64,000 bases of DNA from Eledone cirrhosa (lineage: Eukaryota), in contig OZ024740.1 of NCBI GenBank assembly GCA_964016885.1, positions 83,948,001 through 84,012,000 on the forward strand. Direction: 5' to 3'. Under the pieces are notes generated by a model that saw only the letters and a program-made list of their open reading frames with translations, had not been told where the DNA came from and did no database searches. The position numbers were made by a program, and so were the translations under genes. Positions 1-10,926 of this stretch are shown in pieces. Each line of letters opens with the position of its first letter. Within the stretch, counting starts at the first letter, position 1.

Positions 1-47
1 ATTATACATATTTCAGAGGTACAACAGTACGTCCTCATCAGATAAAA
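1..47 (-). ncRNA. Type I minimal hammerhead ribozyme (inverted copy, cut by window edge)
   Basis: Reverse complement of the 1740-1790 motif. Confidence 0.7.
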
Positions 48-759
48 TAAAATGATACATGACATACCCAGAGATGTTAAATGGTTAAGATTTAATCAAG
101 GTAGTGATTAACTTATGAGAAAACTCAACATTTATACCCTAATAATGAGAACATGAGAAAACGTAATAGAATCAATAGAGAAGGTATGAGTAAGAAAAAC
201 ATTGCTTTAATGTAACAGTTATAGAGTTTTTTTAAATCTGGGATACTACAAATTAGGATTATAGAGGAAGATGTCTCTGGAATTATAATTTTATTAAAGT
301 TTTTAACTTGAGAAAGCAACCGGTAGATAATTAAAGAGAGGGAGAGATAAAGGGAAGTAATTTATGCAAAAATCTTTTCACATATAGACTTAGCGGTTAA
401 ATTTTTAAATATTTAATATTAAATTTATGTTATTTTAGGGTGAAGAATCAAAATTTTAGGATTTAAAGGTTGATGGTTATTTATATTAATTTTATAAATT
501 TTATAAAATTTTTTAAATGTGTTACATTTCTAAAATTCTAAGTTTTATGAAAACAAATTCAAAGGATTTACTAGGCCCGCGAAAGAAAAATATACAATGT
601 TCAATATTCACTTAAATGTAATCTTTGACAAAGTTACCTATAACAGTGTCAACATTTTCGGTATGTATAATTTATGAAGTACTTACTGTTACAAATATCA
701 AGGAATTTATTGTCAAGTAGATACATTGTCTAAAGTATAATAATTAACGCAGTTTTCAG

Positions 760-847
<88 letters not shown>

Positions 848-1739
848 ATTTATCGTAATATATTAATATTTATTATATTATATTAAATGACTATATTAGT
901 TCTACCTTCAAGGGAAGAATGAACTCTAAATAATGATTAGGTTATTGTACAATATATATATATTTGTACAAACTATATCTAGCGGTATACCGAAAAAATA
1001 ATTATGATTAAGTTATTATACAATATAAATATAGATGCAAAAGACTAAATGCAGAGATATACCTAACTATTAATATGATTATGTTATTATACAATATAAA
1101 CATATTTGCAAAGATTAAATATAGAGAGATATAATAAGTATTAATGAGACAGTATGCTTTGGGTAAATGATAACGATTATAAGTTATTATACATTATAAA
1201 TATAGATGCAAAAAACTAAATGCAGAGATATACCTAACTATGGAACACATTTAAAACATTTTATAATTAATATAAATAATAATTAATATAATTAATATAA
1301 ATAATAATATAAATAACCATCAACTTTTAAATCCTAAAATGTTGATTCTTCACCCTAAAATAACATAAATTAAATATTAAATATTTTGAAATTTAACCGC
1401 TAAGTCTATATGTGAACATTTTTTGGCATAAATTACTCCCCTTCATCTCTCCCTCTCTTTAATTATCTATTGGTTGCTTTCTCAAGCTAAAAACTGTAAT
1501 AGAATTATAACTCCAGAAACATCTTATAATCCTAATTTGTAGTATCCCAGATTTTAAAAACTCTATAACTGTTACATTAAAGCAATGTTTTTCTTACTCA
1601 TACCTTCTCTATTGATTCTATTACGTTTTCGCATGTTATCATTATTAGAGTATAAATGTTGAGTTTTCTCATAAGTTAATCACTACCTTGATAAAATCTT
1701 AACCATTTAACATCTCGGGGTATGTCATGTATCATTTTA

Positions 1740-1790
1740 TTTTATCTGATGAGGACGTACTGTTGTACCTCTGAAATATGTATAATAAAA
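1740..1790 (+). ncRNA. Type I minimal hammerhead ribozyme
   Basis: TTTTAT-CTGATGA-GGA(cGTACtgttGTACc)TCT-GAAA-TATGTA-TA-ATAAAA: canonical core, stems I and II pair, short quasi-palindromic stem III. Confidence 0.85.
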
Positions 1791-1934
1791 TTTAATTGAT
1801 CACAAGAACTGATCACATTTTATTAATATTTGTATTTTAATATTAATAACTTTGGAAAATATTTTTACTGTAGAGTGCTTCCAATCTACTGTAAAACTCA
1901 TTATTTGATGTACTCATTGAATCTTGTTTAACTC

Positions 1935-1970
<36 letters not shown>

Positions 1971-2132
1971 CATACTTATATATGCGTTATATATTATTAT
2001 GAATATGGAAGGGTAGTATTAAGCACTACCCAATTACCAGTAAGAGAAAAAGATCGATGTAAATTATCAGACCTATTACAGAGCCGTGATACAAAATATA
2101 AAACAATCAAATTTTACCTTAATACATTTAAT

Positions 2133-2179
2133 TACTAACGATCGTTTCTTCCAGACAACTGTCCAGTTCCATCGGCGCA
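2133..2179 (-). ncRNA. Degenerate hammerhead-like motif
   Basis: Minus strand TGCG-CCGATGG-...-GAAA-CGATCG-TT-AGTA; inverted homolog of 7199-7245. Confidence 0.45.
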
Positions 2180-3733
2180 TACACGATGTTTAAACAAGTA
2201 ATTATAATCCTAGTCTTCGGAACATTTATAAAGATACATTACTATTGACAATGTCAGGGACATGATATTGAAAAGCAAGAATGACAAAATTATATTATGT
2301 TATACAGATATCAAAGTATTAGGAGCTGTTGTGGAGGGTGAAAATATTGAGTATATTATATAGAAAGTTATTCATTAAGGTAGTTAAGGTGCAAAAAGAT
2401 ACCAAGCAAACAGACTTTACAGAAGATTGATAAAATATATCATAGCATTTAAAAATGTAATAGTAAGTGTACATGATGGAAAATATTAATAAAGGCATGG
2501 ATGAGGTAAGAGTTAGAAAATAAATATATCAAGCATATTTCATACAGAATGTTAAAGAATTTTAAAAGTGTTAAAAATGACATGCATTATGGTAAAGAAA
2601 TACGTAATGATAAGATGAATAAATGTTGTGTAATGCAAAATGCAAATAATATAAGTAAATAAGCTAAGTTAGTGTCATTAATTTTTTTTATACTAGAGTT
2701 TATGTAGAAATGTTTATGCTGGGTGTAAAGCAAAAATTTAATAGTAGGGTATATGATAGAAAAAATTAATAAAAGAATGAGTTAAGAGTTAGAAAATAAA
2801 TATATCAAGCATATTTCATACAGAATGTTAAAGAATGTTAAAAATGTTAAAAATGAAGACTTCAATACCAACCGCTCAATTAGACTAATTTGCCCTTCCA
2901 GATCTGACATTGGTATTATTAGCCAAAAAATATTACATAAAGTTATCCCCCAAATTAAACAAAAAATCCATCTTAACCTTTGGGGAAACACTGTAGTTCT
3001 ATTAAGAATTATTTCACGAAGTCTAATGCTAAACATGTTATTAAATATTTGTAACGTTATGAATTTAAAGGTAAGTAAAAAGAGATTCATAATGGAAGTT
3101 AATAACAAAAGGGAGGTAATTAAGAAAGTATTACAGGTTTACAGTATAAAAACCAATCATTGTTAAATTAAAACATTTATTAGTTAATAATAGCCCTATC
3201 CATTTAGAATTAACCAGTTAATCAATTAATATACTTGTTTATTATATATTTATTTATTAATTTTATTTTTTAAAAATATTTGTTATTAATATAATTCTTA
3301 AAAACCTTTCCAAAGAATTATAATCTATTAATATTTATTCATATAGAGGGGGGATTGTTTTATTATTATAAAATAATTGTTAATTATCTATTAAAGAGTA
3401 TCATTCATTAAATGCTGTTATAAATTGATATTTATAAATTATAAATTATTATTAAATATTTATCAATTATATATAAAAATTATTTATTAATATTGTTATT
3501 CAAATTGTGTAAAGAGAGTTGAATTATTAATAACTAGAGAAGGATTTATATAATATATGGCAATATATAATGGAGTAATTAGTGTTGTGGACACTGTTAC
3601 CAGCTATCAAATTATTGTTATATTACTTTAGTAGTAAGGGTGGAGAGTATAGTAGGGTACATAAAGTGTATATTTATTTGGTTATTAAGAAATATATCAT
3701 TTGTATTAGATATGAGATACAAAAAGGAGTTTA

Positions 3734-3810
<77 letters not shown>

Positions 3811-3813
<3 letters not shown>

Positions 3814-4035
3814 AATATAAATTACCGAGAATCGTATTTCGGCTTTGGAATTAGCGAAAAACAACTTCCGAGATGTGTGGCAAGCGCTCAGTAATTCTGA
3901 CGAACCAGAGCTACAACATACGTTAAAGGCCCAAAACACTGAGACGATGGTTAAACCGTCATCCGCACAGCCATAGAAACGTCCAAGTAATTCGGGTAAA
4001 AAAATTAAGAAATATATGTGATTGAAAAACAAAAC
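3811..4035. repeat. Short dispersed repeat between (TA)n tracts (copy 1)
   Basis: Clearly homologous to 38393-38632; shares CGAGAATCGTATTTC, TGTGTGGCAAGCGCTC, CAGAGCTACAACATACGTTAA and TCATCCGCACAGCCA. Confidence 0.75.
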
Positions 4036-4054
4036 AATATATATATATATATAT

Positions 4055-4140
<86 letters not shown>

Positions 4141-4288
4141 GGTGATATGATAGTTAAGTAAGAGATAAATATATCAGATAGAATATATGGTGGTAGGGTT
4201 TAATAAAGTTTACGGAGGGTAGTTATACAATTACACAAAACAAATGAATTAAACTTAAAGATAGTTGTAGATCTGATATTGTTATAGA

Positions 4289-6170
4289 TCAGCTATTTTG
4301 TTTGAAATAGTGGAAAAAATATCTGTGGTAATATCGACATGTGGAGAAAATTTCTGATTTTCTATTTAGTAGGTTGGTATTTGAATAAATAATAGTGCAA
4401 GACTCAAAGACACAAAGGTTACAGAATGTGTTACGTGGTTTATAAGAAGGTGCCTTAGCTGTCACTTTCCATTCCAGGGTATAAGGTATATGATTTGTTT
4501 TTAATGAGTGCATGTAGGTAGATAGTGAAGTAGCGTTACTAAGTCTAAGGTTTCGAAATGAATGAAGGTGCGAGTTATATCTAGTCTTAAAGCTATTCGA
4601 TGTTGAACCTATATAGACTTTGGAGATTTGATTAGAGTGACAGTACAGGAGTAGATATTGTCTTTAATAAGGCAATTATTCCTTAATGGACAAGTCCTAT
4701 TAGGTCTACAATTACGATAGTTATGGTTAATTGTATACTTGTTAAGGGGTGTGATGTTGATCGGTTATTACTGTTGATACTTCTAGTATTAAGATTATGG
4801 TAAATATTAATGCCATTATTATTGGTATTATTACCATTATTTCTAATACAGTCCTATATTGAGTTATTATTAAGGTTATTTCTATGTTGGACATTATTAA
4901 CTTGGTGTAATTTGAAGTATTTACTAATCTTCTTCTTGTTACTGCTAGCTATATGGTCCGCAATGTTAGGTGTGGTGGAGTAAGAGATTGTAATAGTATT
5001 TTTGTTAATTAGGTTATGTTATTTATGGTTAATAGGGAAGTTGTTTCTATAATTGAGAAGAACGCTTTAGGTATGTTGGGGAGACATTTAAGTTGAAAGG
5101 TGGATTAAAAATGTATTAATTCTTCTCTTCTTCTTATGATTTGTATTTATATCTATGTTATTGTCATTAAGGTTGATAACTATATTATTTCGTGTGGTGT
5201 TAGGTACAGTATTATTTTTATTTTTGTTTTTAACATAATTTTACTTTATATGTTTTTTCTTAGGGTTATTGTTGTGGTGCGAGTTAACTCTTTTGATGCC
5301 CTCGGTGCTGGAGTTAGTATCCTCAATACTATGATTATGTTTAATTTCATTCATGGCCATATTATGTGAAATAATATTATGATAATGAATAGATGACTTT
5401 CTAGGTGTAAATTTAATGTTATCTCTATGGTGAGAGCGAGCAAGAGTATCGGGAGATGCCGTTAAATATTGTCTCATTATAAGAAAGATTAGATATTCTA
5501 TTAAATTCCCCTTTATTGATTGAGTTTAATACAGATTTGGGGTGGTTGGAATTGGTATCAACATAAAAACGTTTTTCATTTGGTTTATGATAAGGTGTAT
5601 ATGTTTTAAAGTCTAAATAGAGGGTGACATCAAGAAAGTTCACATTTTTTGTGTTTTTATCTATGGTGATACCTAAGCTGAAGTTTTAAATATTTTATGC
5701 AATTGTTTTCTAGTTCTTTCTATATTAAATGTTCTTAATTTAAGAGGAAAAGTGGTGCGTCGTCTCGATAGAAACCGCCATTAAGGTATGGTAAATTCTT
5801 ATGGATTTCGTAACCTGTGCTGAGTCACTAGACCCCATAGTGATGTCAAAGTTGTTCGGTGTATTTTTGCGGGTCCATAATTGATCTTCAAATACAATTA
5901 TGGTTTTCCGGGCCATAAGGACAACATGCACTTGGGATCTAGTAAGGTCACTATTATTCATAGCCATTATTAGTGCTTTGTTTAAAAGGATAGGAGAAAT
6001 AGAGGTGCAGTATGAATTTTTATCGAATTGGATAAATTTCTTATTATTACTTTCATTAATATTATTAAACCATTCAATTTCTTCTCCAGTGTTTCCCCAA
6101 ACGTTAAGATGGAGTTTTTGCTTAATTTGGGGGATAACTTTATGTAATTTTTTTTGCTGATAATACCATT
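4289..6170 (-). pseudogene. Fragmented PLE reverse transcriptase-GIY-YIG ORF
   Basis: Multiple frameshifts and stops. Peptide similarity to the ORFs at 9164-10926 and 61653-63098. Confidence 0.85.
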
Positions 6171-7290
6171 GATTAACTGGTTAATTCTAAATGGATAGGG
6201 CTATTATTAACTAATAAATGTTTTAATTTAACAATGATTGGTTTTTATACTGTAAACCTGTAATACTTTCTTAATTACCTCCCTTTTGTGATTAACTCCC
6301 ATTATGAATCTCTTTTTACTTACCTTTAAATTCATAACGTTACAAATATTTAATAACATTTTTAGCATTAGACTTCGTGAAATAATTCTTAATAGAACTA
6401 CAGTGTTTCCCCAAAGGTTAAGATGGATTTTTTGTTTAATTTGGGGGATAACTTTATGTAATATTTTTTGGCTAATAATACCAATGTCAGATCTGGAAGG
6501 GCAAATTAGTCTAATTGAGCGGTTGGTATTGAAGTCTTCATTTTTAACACTTTTAACATTCTTTAACATTCTGTATGAAATATGCTTGATATATTTATTT
6601 TCTAGCTCTTACCTCATGCATGCCTTTGTAAATTGTTTCCATCATATACCTTCCTATTACATGTTTGCTTTACACCCAGCATAAACATTTCTACATAAAC
6701 TCTAGTATAAAAAAAATTAATGACACTAACCTATCTTATTTACTTATATTTTTTGCATTTTGCATTGCACAACATTTATTCATCTTATCATTATGTACTT
6801 CTTCACCATAATGCATGTCATTTTTAACACTTTTAAAATTATTTAACATTCTGTATGAAATATGCTTGATATATTTATTTTCTAACTCTTACCTCATACA
6901 TGCCTTTATTAATATTTTCCATCATGTACACTTACTATTACATTTATTACATTTTACAGTGTATGATATCTTTTATCTATCTTCTGTAAAATCTTTTTAC
7001 TTGGTATCTTTTTGCACCTTAACTACCTTAATGAATAATTTCCTATATAATATGCTCAATATTTTCACCCTCCACAACAGCTCCTAATACTTTGATATTT
7101 GTATAACAATATATCATGTCACTAACAGTGTCAATAGGAATGTATCTTTATAAATGTTCCGAAGACTAGGATTATAATTACTTGTTTAAACATTTGTATG
7201 CTCCGATGGGATCAGAGAGTTGTCTGGAAGAAACGATCGTCAGCAATTAAATGTATTAAGGTAAAATTTGATTGTTTTATATTTTGTATT
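6168..7290 (+). mobile_element. Inverted pseudo-LTR arm of the 1963-6170 element (no tail)
   Basis: Reverse complement of ~2088-3225, near-identical in the inner part and more diverged in the outer part. Confidence 0.8.
7199..7245 (+). ncRNA. Variant/degenerate hammerhead-like motif
   Basis: TGCT-CCGATGG-gatcagagagttgtctggaa-GAAA-CGATCG-TC-AGCA; palindromic stem III and stem I intact, core differs from CTGATGA at two positions. Confidence 0.55.
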
Positions 7291-7312
7291 TTCTATTTTG
7301 TATATATATATA

Positions 7313-7450
7313 TTGAATAAAAAAAAGTGCGAAGTGGTCTCAGATGTTAAATTCCTTTATTGTTAAGGCTGTGATACATATTTCAATGACAGGTGTATCA
7401 CAGCCTTATCAATAAAGGATTTAACATCTTTCTTATTCTATCTCACTTTA
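7313..7450. repeat. Mini fold-back derived from a PLE 3' end
   Basis: About 37-bp inverted arms (7338-7378 and 7393-7428). The minus strand keeps the HHR 3' half GAAA-TATGTA-TC followed by AATAAA. Flanked by (TA)n. Confidence 0.65.
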
Positions 7451-7563
7451 TATATATATATATATATATGGGGGGTGCGTGCGTGCGTCTGTGTGTGTGA
7501 GTTTGTGTGTGGGTGTGTGGGTGTGTATGCGTACGTGCGTGCGTGTGTGTGTGTGTGAGTTTG

Positions 7564-7644
<81 letters not shown>

Positions 7645-7926
7645 TTAAAAGGTTAACAGAAATAACAACACAATCGGTACAGTATATGGAAGGAATATAT
7701 TAGGTTAACCCTTGAAATATCAAGAAGAGGGTCTTAACGTTTCGGACGCTAGTTCTTCACCAGAAGAAAGAATGAGAAATTAGATAGCTTGAAGGGACAG
7801 GCGGGGTAAAATTAGAAAAAAATATCTTTAGATAAAAATAACAGGTCTATTAAATAGGGAGGAGAGGTTGGAGGAAGAGTTTGAGAGTGAAATGGAGCTA
7901 GTGGAGAACAGATTTGAAGTAGGGCG
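7645..7926 (-). mobile_element. PLE pseudo-LTR fragment with degenerate hammerhead (7732-7767)
   Basis: Minus strand TCTT-CTGGTGA-agaactagcgtcc-GAAA-CG-TT-AAGA. Confidence 0.55.
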
Positions 7927-9163
7927 TTGTTTACATCAACGTATCACTCAAGGCTAGCAGTTTGAAATTGTTGTATACATCAGCAACTCCGCTTGTATAG
8001 TTGGGGTCAATATTCGAAGGGTTTTTTTTTTATATTAGTTGTCGGTGTCAGAGATTGAGGTTTAAAAATTAGACAAAAATATATAATTTACGCATCAACA
8101 TTAAACTAAAAGACTTGGGGTCCCGTACAAGCACCTTAGAAAATCCCTCAATGAGTGCATAAAGCTTATTGGCTCCAATAAACCTATTAGACTAGAAGAA
8201 AATTAAGAGGCTAATAAAATAAGAAAATAAAAATATAAAGTTTCCCTAAAAAATATATAAAGTTCCTATGAAATTTCTTCTAGAGAAAAAAAAATTTTTC
8301 CGAAAGAAAAAAAACCTTCTTCCCCCGAGATCACGTTTACAAAATTCAGAAAACTGAATTGGAAACTAGGTTGAAAGAAACTAATCAATTAGAGGTTAAT
8401 TCAGAGAGCCTTCCATAAATCTCTCAGAAAAGGCCCCTTTAATTTCCAATAGGAACTTCTTCCGAGAGACCCTTCGAAGAATTAAAATTTTAGAGAGCCT
8501 TTAAGGATAAATATAAAAACGAATTGAGGAAAATTATACATTAAAAGTTAAAAATTAAAAATTACGGTATTTGGGATATCCGATGAATTTTCAAAGGGCT
8601 GCTTCAACAGATACAACTTAGGCATAATAGATACAATAATCTAAGCAATTTAAGTAATTTAATTAGGGAGCAATTCAAGGAGTTTATCAAGTTGGGCAAG
8701 ATTAAAGAAAGTGGTAACTAAGAAAATACATAAGCAAAAAGAAAATAATTATAAAATGTATCTTTAAGAAGGTATAAGGTAGCTTCAGTGATCTAACCAT
8801 GTATTATCACAAAAAAAACATTCTAAAATTATTGATACAGGATTAAAAATTATTACAAAATTATTACAAAATTACCACAAAATCATTACAAAATTATCAA
8901 ATCATCACAAAATTACCACAAAATCATTACAAAATTATCAAATTATCATAAAATTATCGCAAAATTATTACAAAATTATCATAAAATTATTACAAAATTA
9001 TCACAAAGTTATTGATACAGGATCAACAAAGACAATATATATTCCTGCCCAATCAACAAGTAATCAGAACACTATTAACGGTCAGGCAAAATTAGCTCAG
9101 GGATATCCCGCGCTCGGATACTTTACACACACACAGCAACACATAGGACTAAATAAGGCGCTC

Positions 9164-10411
9164 ATGTTGGCAATGCGGACGGGCGGACTCGCTAGATCCC
9201 AGATTGACATAGTCCTTGCCGCTCGTAAAACAATTATCACATTTGAGGATGAATTGTGGACGCGCAAGAACACTCGTAACAATTTCGACATCACTATGGG
9301 GTCTAGCGACTCAGCGCAGGTGACAGACCTCGTCGGATTGTACCTGCTCAAGGTGCTCAACGAGCAGCTCCCACACCTCAGAGGTGGGCTATACCGTGAC
9401 GACGCATTGCTTACTGTGGACTTTAAACGGCACAACCTAGAAAGAACTAGAAAGGACCTTTATAAATTCTTCAAGAATTTTAACCTATCAATAACTATGG
9501 ATAGAAATAGTAAGGTAGTCAACTTTTTAGACGCCACACTAGACATAGATAAGTTAGAATATGCACCGTACAATAAACCTAACGAAAGGCTGACGTACGT
9601 CAATGCCAGCTCCAACCACCCAGGCTCAGTCCTCAAAGCAATAGTTAAGGGAGTATCTAGTAGGATTAGCGGACTATCTAGCAGCGTGACCGCATTTGAA
9701 GCGAACGCGGAATATTACAATAAGGCGCTAGCTGGGTCAGGGCACAAAGATAAACTCCATTATGTTGAGACAGGCGGCACCACCCCGCCACCCCAGCCCA
9801 CCACTGTAATCACGCACAATATGTCCATGGGAGTTGGAAGGAGAGCTAGAAAGACGAATAGGGACAATAGGAAGTTAGATAAGAACAGCAACACTCGCAA
9901 CGCAGACACGGATAAGGCCCACACGCCTGGTAAGCGCTATGCCGCCCCGAGCAAGTCCAACAGTGAAAACGGGGGACAGAGGCATAGGAGACTTGAGACG
10001 AACGCACATACCACTGGGTGCACAGCAACCACACCTGGTGGAACCAGTAATAATATAGACGAAGAGAGGGCAAACTGCATAGGGGATAGGAAACGCAGTG
10101 GAAGGAATAGAAGACGTGATAGTACCTTCTTTAACCCGCCCTTCAACTCTAATGTTACTACAGACCTCCCCAAATCTTTTTTCTCTTTAATAGATAAGAA
10201 CTTCCCCCCGGGTAGTAGGTACGGTAGTGTCATCAATAAGAATACTGTCAAGCTATCGTACTCTACAACCCCTAATCTGGCCTCACACCTAGCTAAGACC
10301 AATAAGAGTAAGATCAAAGAGGGACTTAAGGCCATCCGAAATAGTGAACCACGCCAGCACACACGACAACACGGGACCAACCCACTGAGTGAAAGACCCA
10401 GGGGATATTAG
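9164..10411 (+). CDS. PLE reverse transcriptase (N-terminally truncated; palm, thumb and linker)
   Basis: FDITMGSSDSAQVTDLVG, GGLYRDDALL, VNFLDATLD, YNKPNE..SNHP, FFNPPFN, LSYSTTPNL. Confidence 0.9.
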   Translation: MLAMRTGGLARSQIDIVLAARKTIITFEDELWTRKNTRNNFDITMGSSDSAQVTDLVGLYLLKVLNEQLPHLRGGLYRDDALLTVDFKRHNLERTRKDLYKFFKNFNLSITMDRNSKVVNFLDATLDIDKLEYAPYNKPNERLTYVNASSNHPGSVLKAIVKGVSSRISGLSSSVTAFEANAEYYNKALAGSGHKDKLHYVETGGTTPPPQPTTVITHNMSMGVGRRARKTNRDNRKLDKNSNTRNADTDKAHTPGKRYAAPSKSNSENGGQRHRRLETNAHTTGCTATTPGGTSNNIDEERANCIGDRKRSGRNRRRDSTFFNPPFNSNVTTDLPKSFFSLIDKNFPPGSRYGSVINKNTVKLSYSTTPNLASHLAKTNKSKIKEGLKAIRNSEPRQHTRQHGTNPLSERPRGY

Positions 10412-10926
10412 GCAATAGAACCGGTCCCACTAGGCAGCCCCGCGGCCGCTTGGAGGGACATGCACCCCTGATTGAGGGGCATGTCCCTACTAAAGAGTGT
10501 GATTGCAGAAGGAAGGACAAATGCCCACTAGTTGGACACTGCCTTATCAGGAACGTGGTATATGCTTGTAACGTAACCACAGGCACGTATACTAAGACGT
10601 ATGTAGGATCAACCGCTAATGAGTTCAAGACGAGGTTCAACGCCCACCAGAATAGCTTCCGATATGAGAAGCTTAAAAATACCACGTCGTTAGCGGGGCA
10701 TATACATAGCTTAAAACAAACAAAAAACCCCTACACACTAAGCTGGAGATGCCTTACTAAGGCTCCTCCATATAGCTCGTTGAGCAGGTGTTGTAGCCTG
10801 TGCCTATCTGAATCTCATGCCATAGTATTCTCCGGGCTCAACTTGCTCAACAGGAGATCAGAAATCTTCTCGTCCTGCCCCCATACCATACTTAGCTCTT
10901 TCTTTTTCTTCAGACCGGACACATAG
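10393..10926 (+). CDS. PLE GIY-YIG endonuclease, in the -1 frame relative to the RT
   Basis: CDCRRKDKCPL (CxCx5C), VVYAC..TYVGST..FKTRFNAH, CSLCLSE..LLNRRSE. This frame is open from 10393, overlapping the RT stop at 10409-10411. Confidence 0.85.
   Translation, partial: KTQGILGNRTGPTRQPRGRLEGHAPLIEGHVPTKECDCRRKDKCPLVGHCLIRNVVYACNVTTGTYTKTYVGSTANEFKTRFNAHQNSFRYEKLKNTTSLAGHIHSLKQTKNPYTLSWRCLTKAPPYSSLSRCCSLCLSESHAIVFSGLNLLNRRSEIFSSCPHTILSSFFFFRPDT

Larger units (their letters stand above)
1..1938. mobile_element. Non-coding PLE-type fold-back insertion: minus arm 1-~527 and plus arm ~1240-1786, plus a tail to ~1938 ending at (TA)n
   Basis: 1-527 is the reverse complement of ~1240-1786 with scattered differences. 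Each arm carries the same hammerhead. About 69-bp tandem repeats lie at ~930-1240. Confidence 0.75.
1963..6170 (-). mobile_element. 5'-truncated, decayed AT-rich Penelope-like element (YRDD/CxCx5C, Hydra-clade-like) with ~2.3 kb 3' region
   Basis: Minus-strand ORF pieces FDITMGSSDSAQVT (5740-5967), NFLDVTL..YHKPNE..SNHP (5425-5643) and the GIY-YIG C-terminus CNLC..LLNRKSEIFSTCR (4289-4513). HHR-like motif near 2133-2179, then a tail and (TA)n. Confidence 0.8.

Noticed and set aside
8300-8760. Degenerate antisense ORF in the inverted arm
   Set aside because: Frequent stops in all frames and no convincing motif, despite the insertion being young.
10390-10490. In-frame TGA plus hairpin as a possible selenocysteine/SECIS signal
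   Set aside because: The frame upstream of the TGA is closed by TAA/TAG and is not the RT frame. The hairpin lacks the SECIS quartet and apical AA arrangement.
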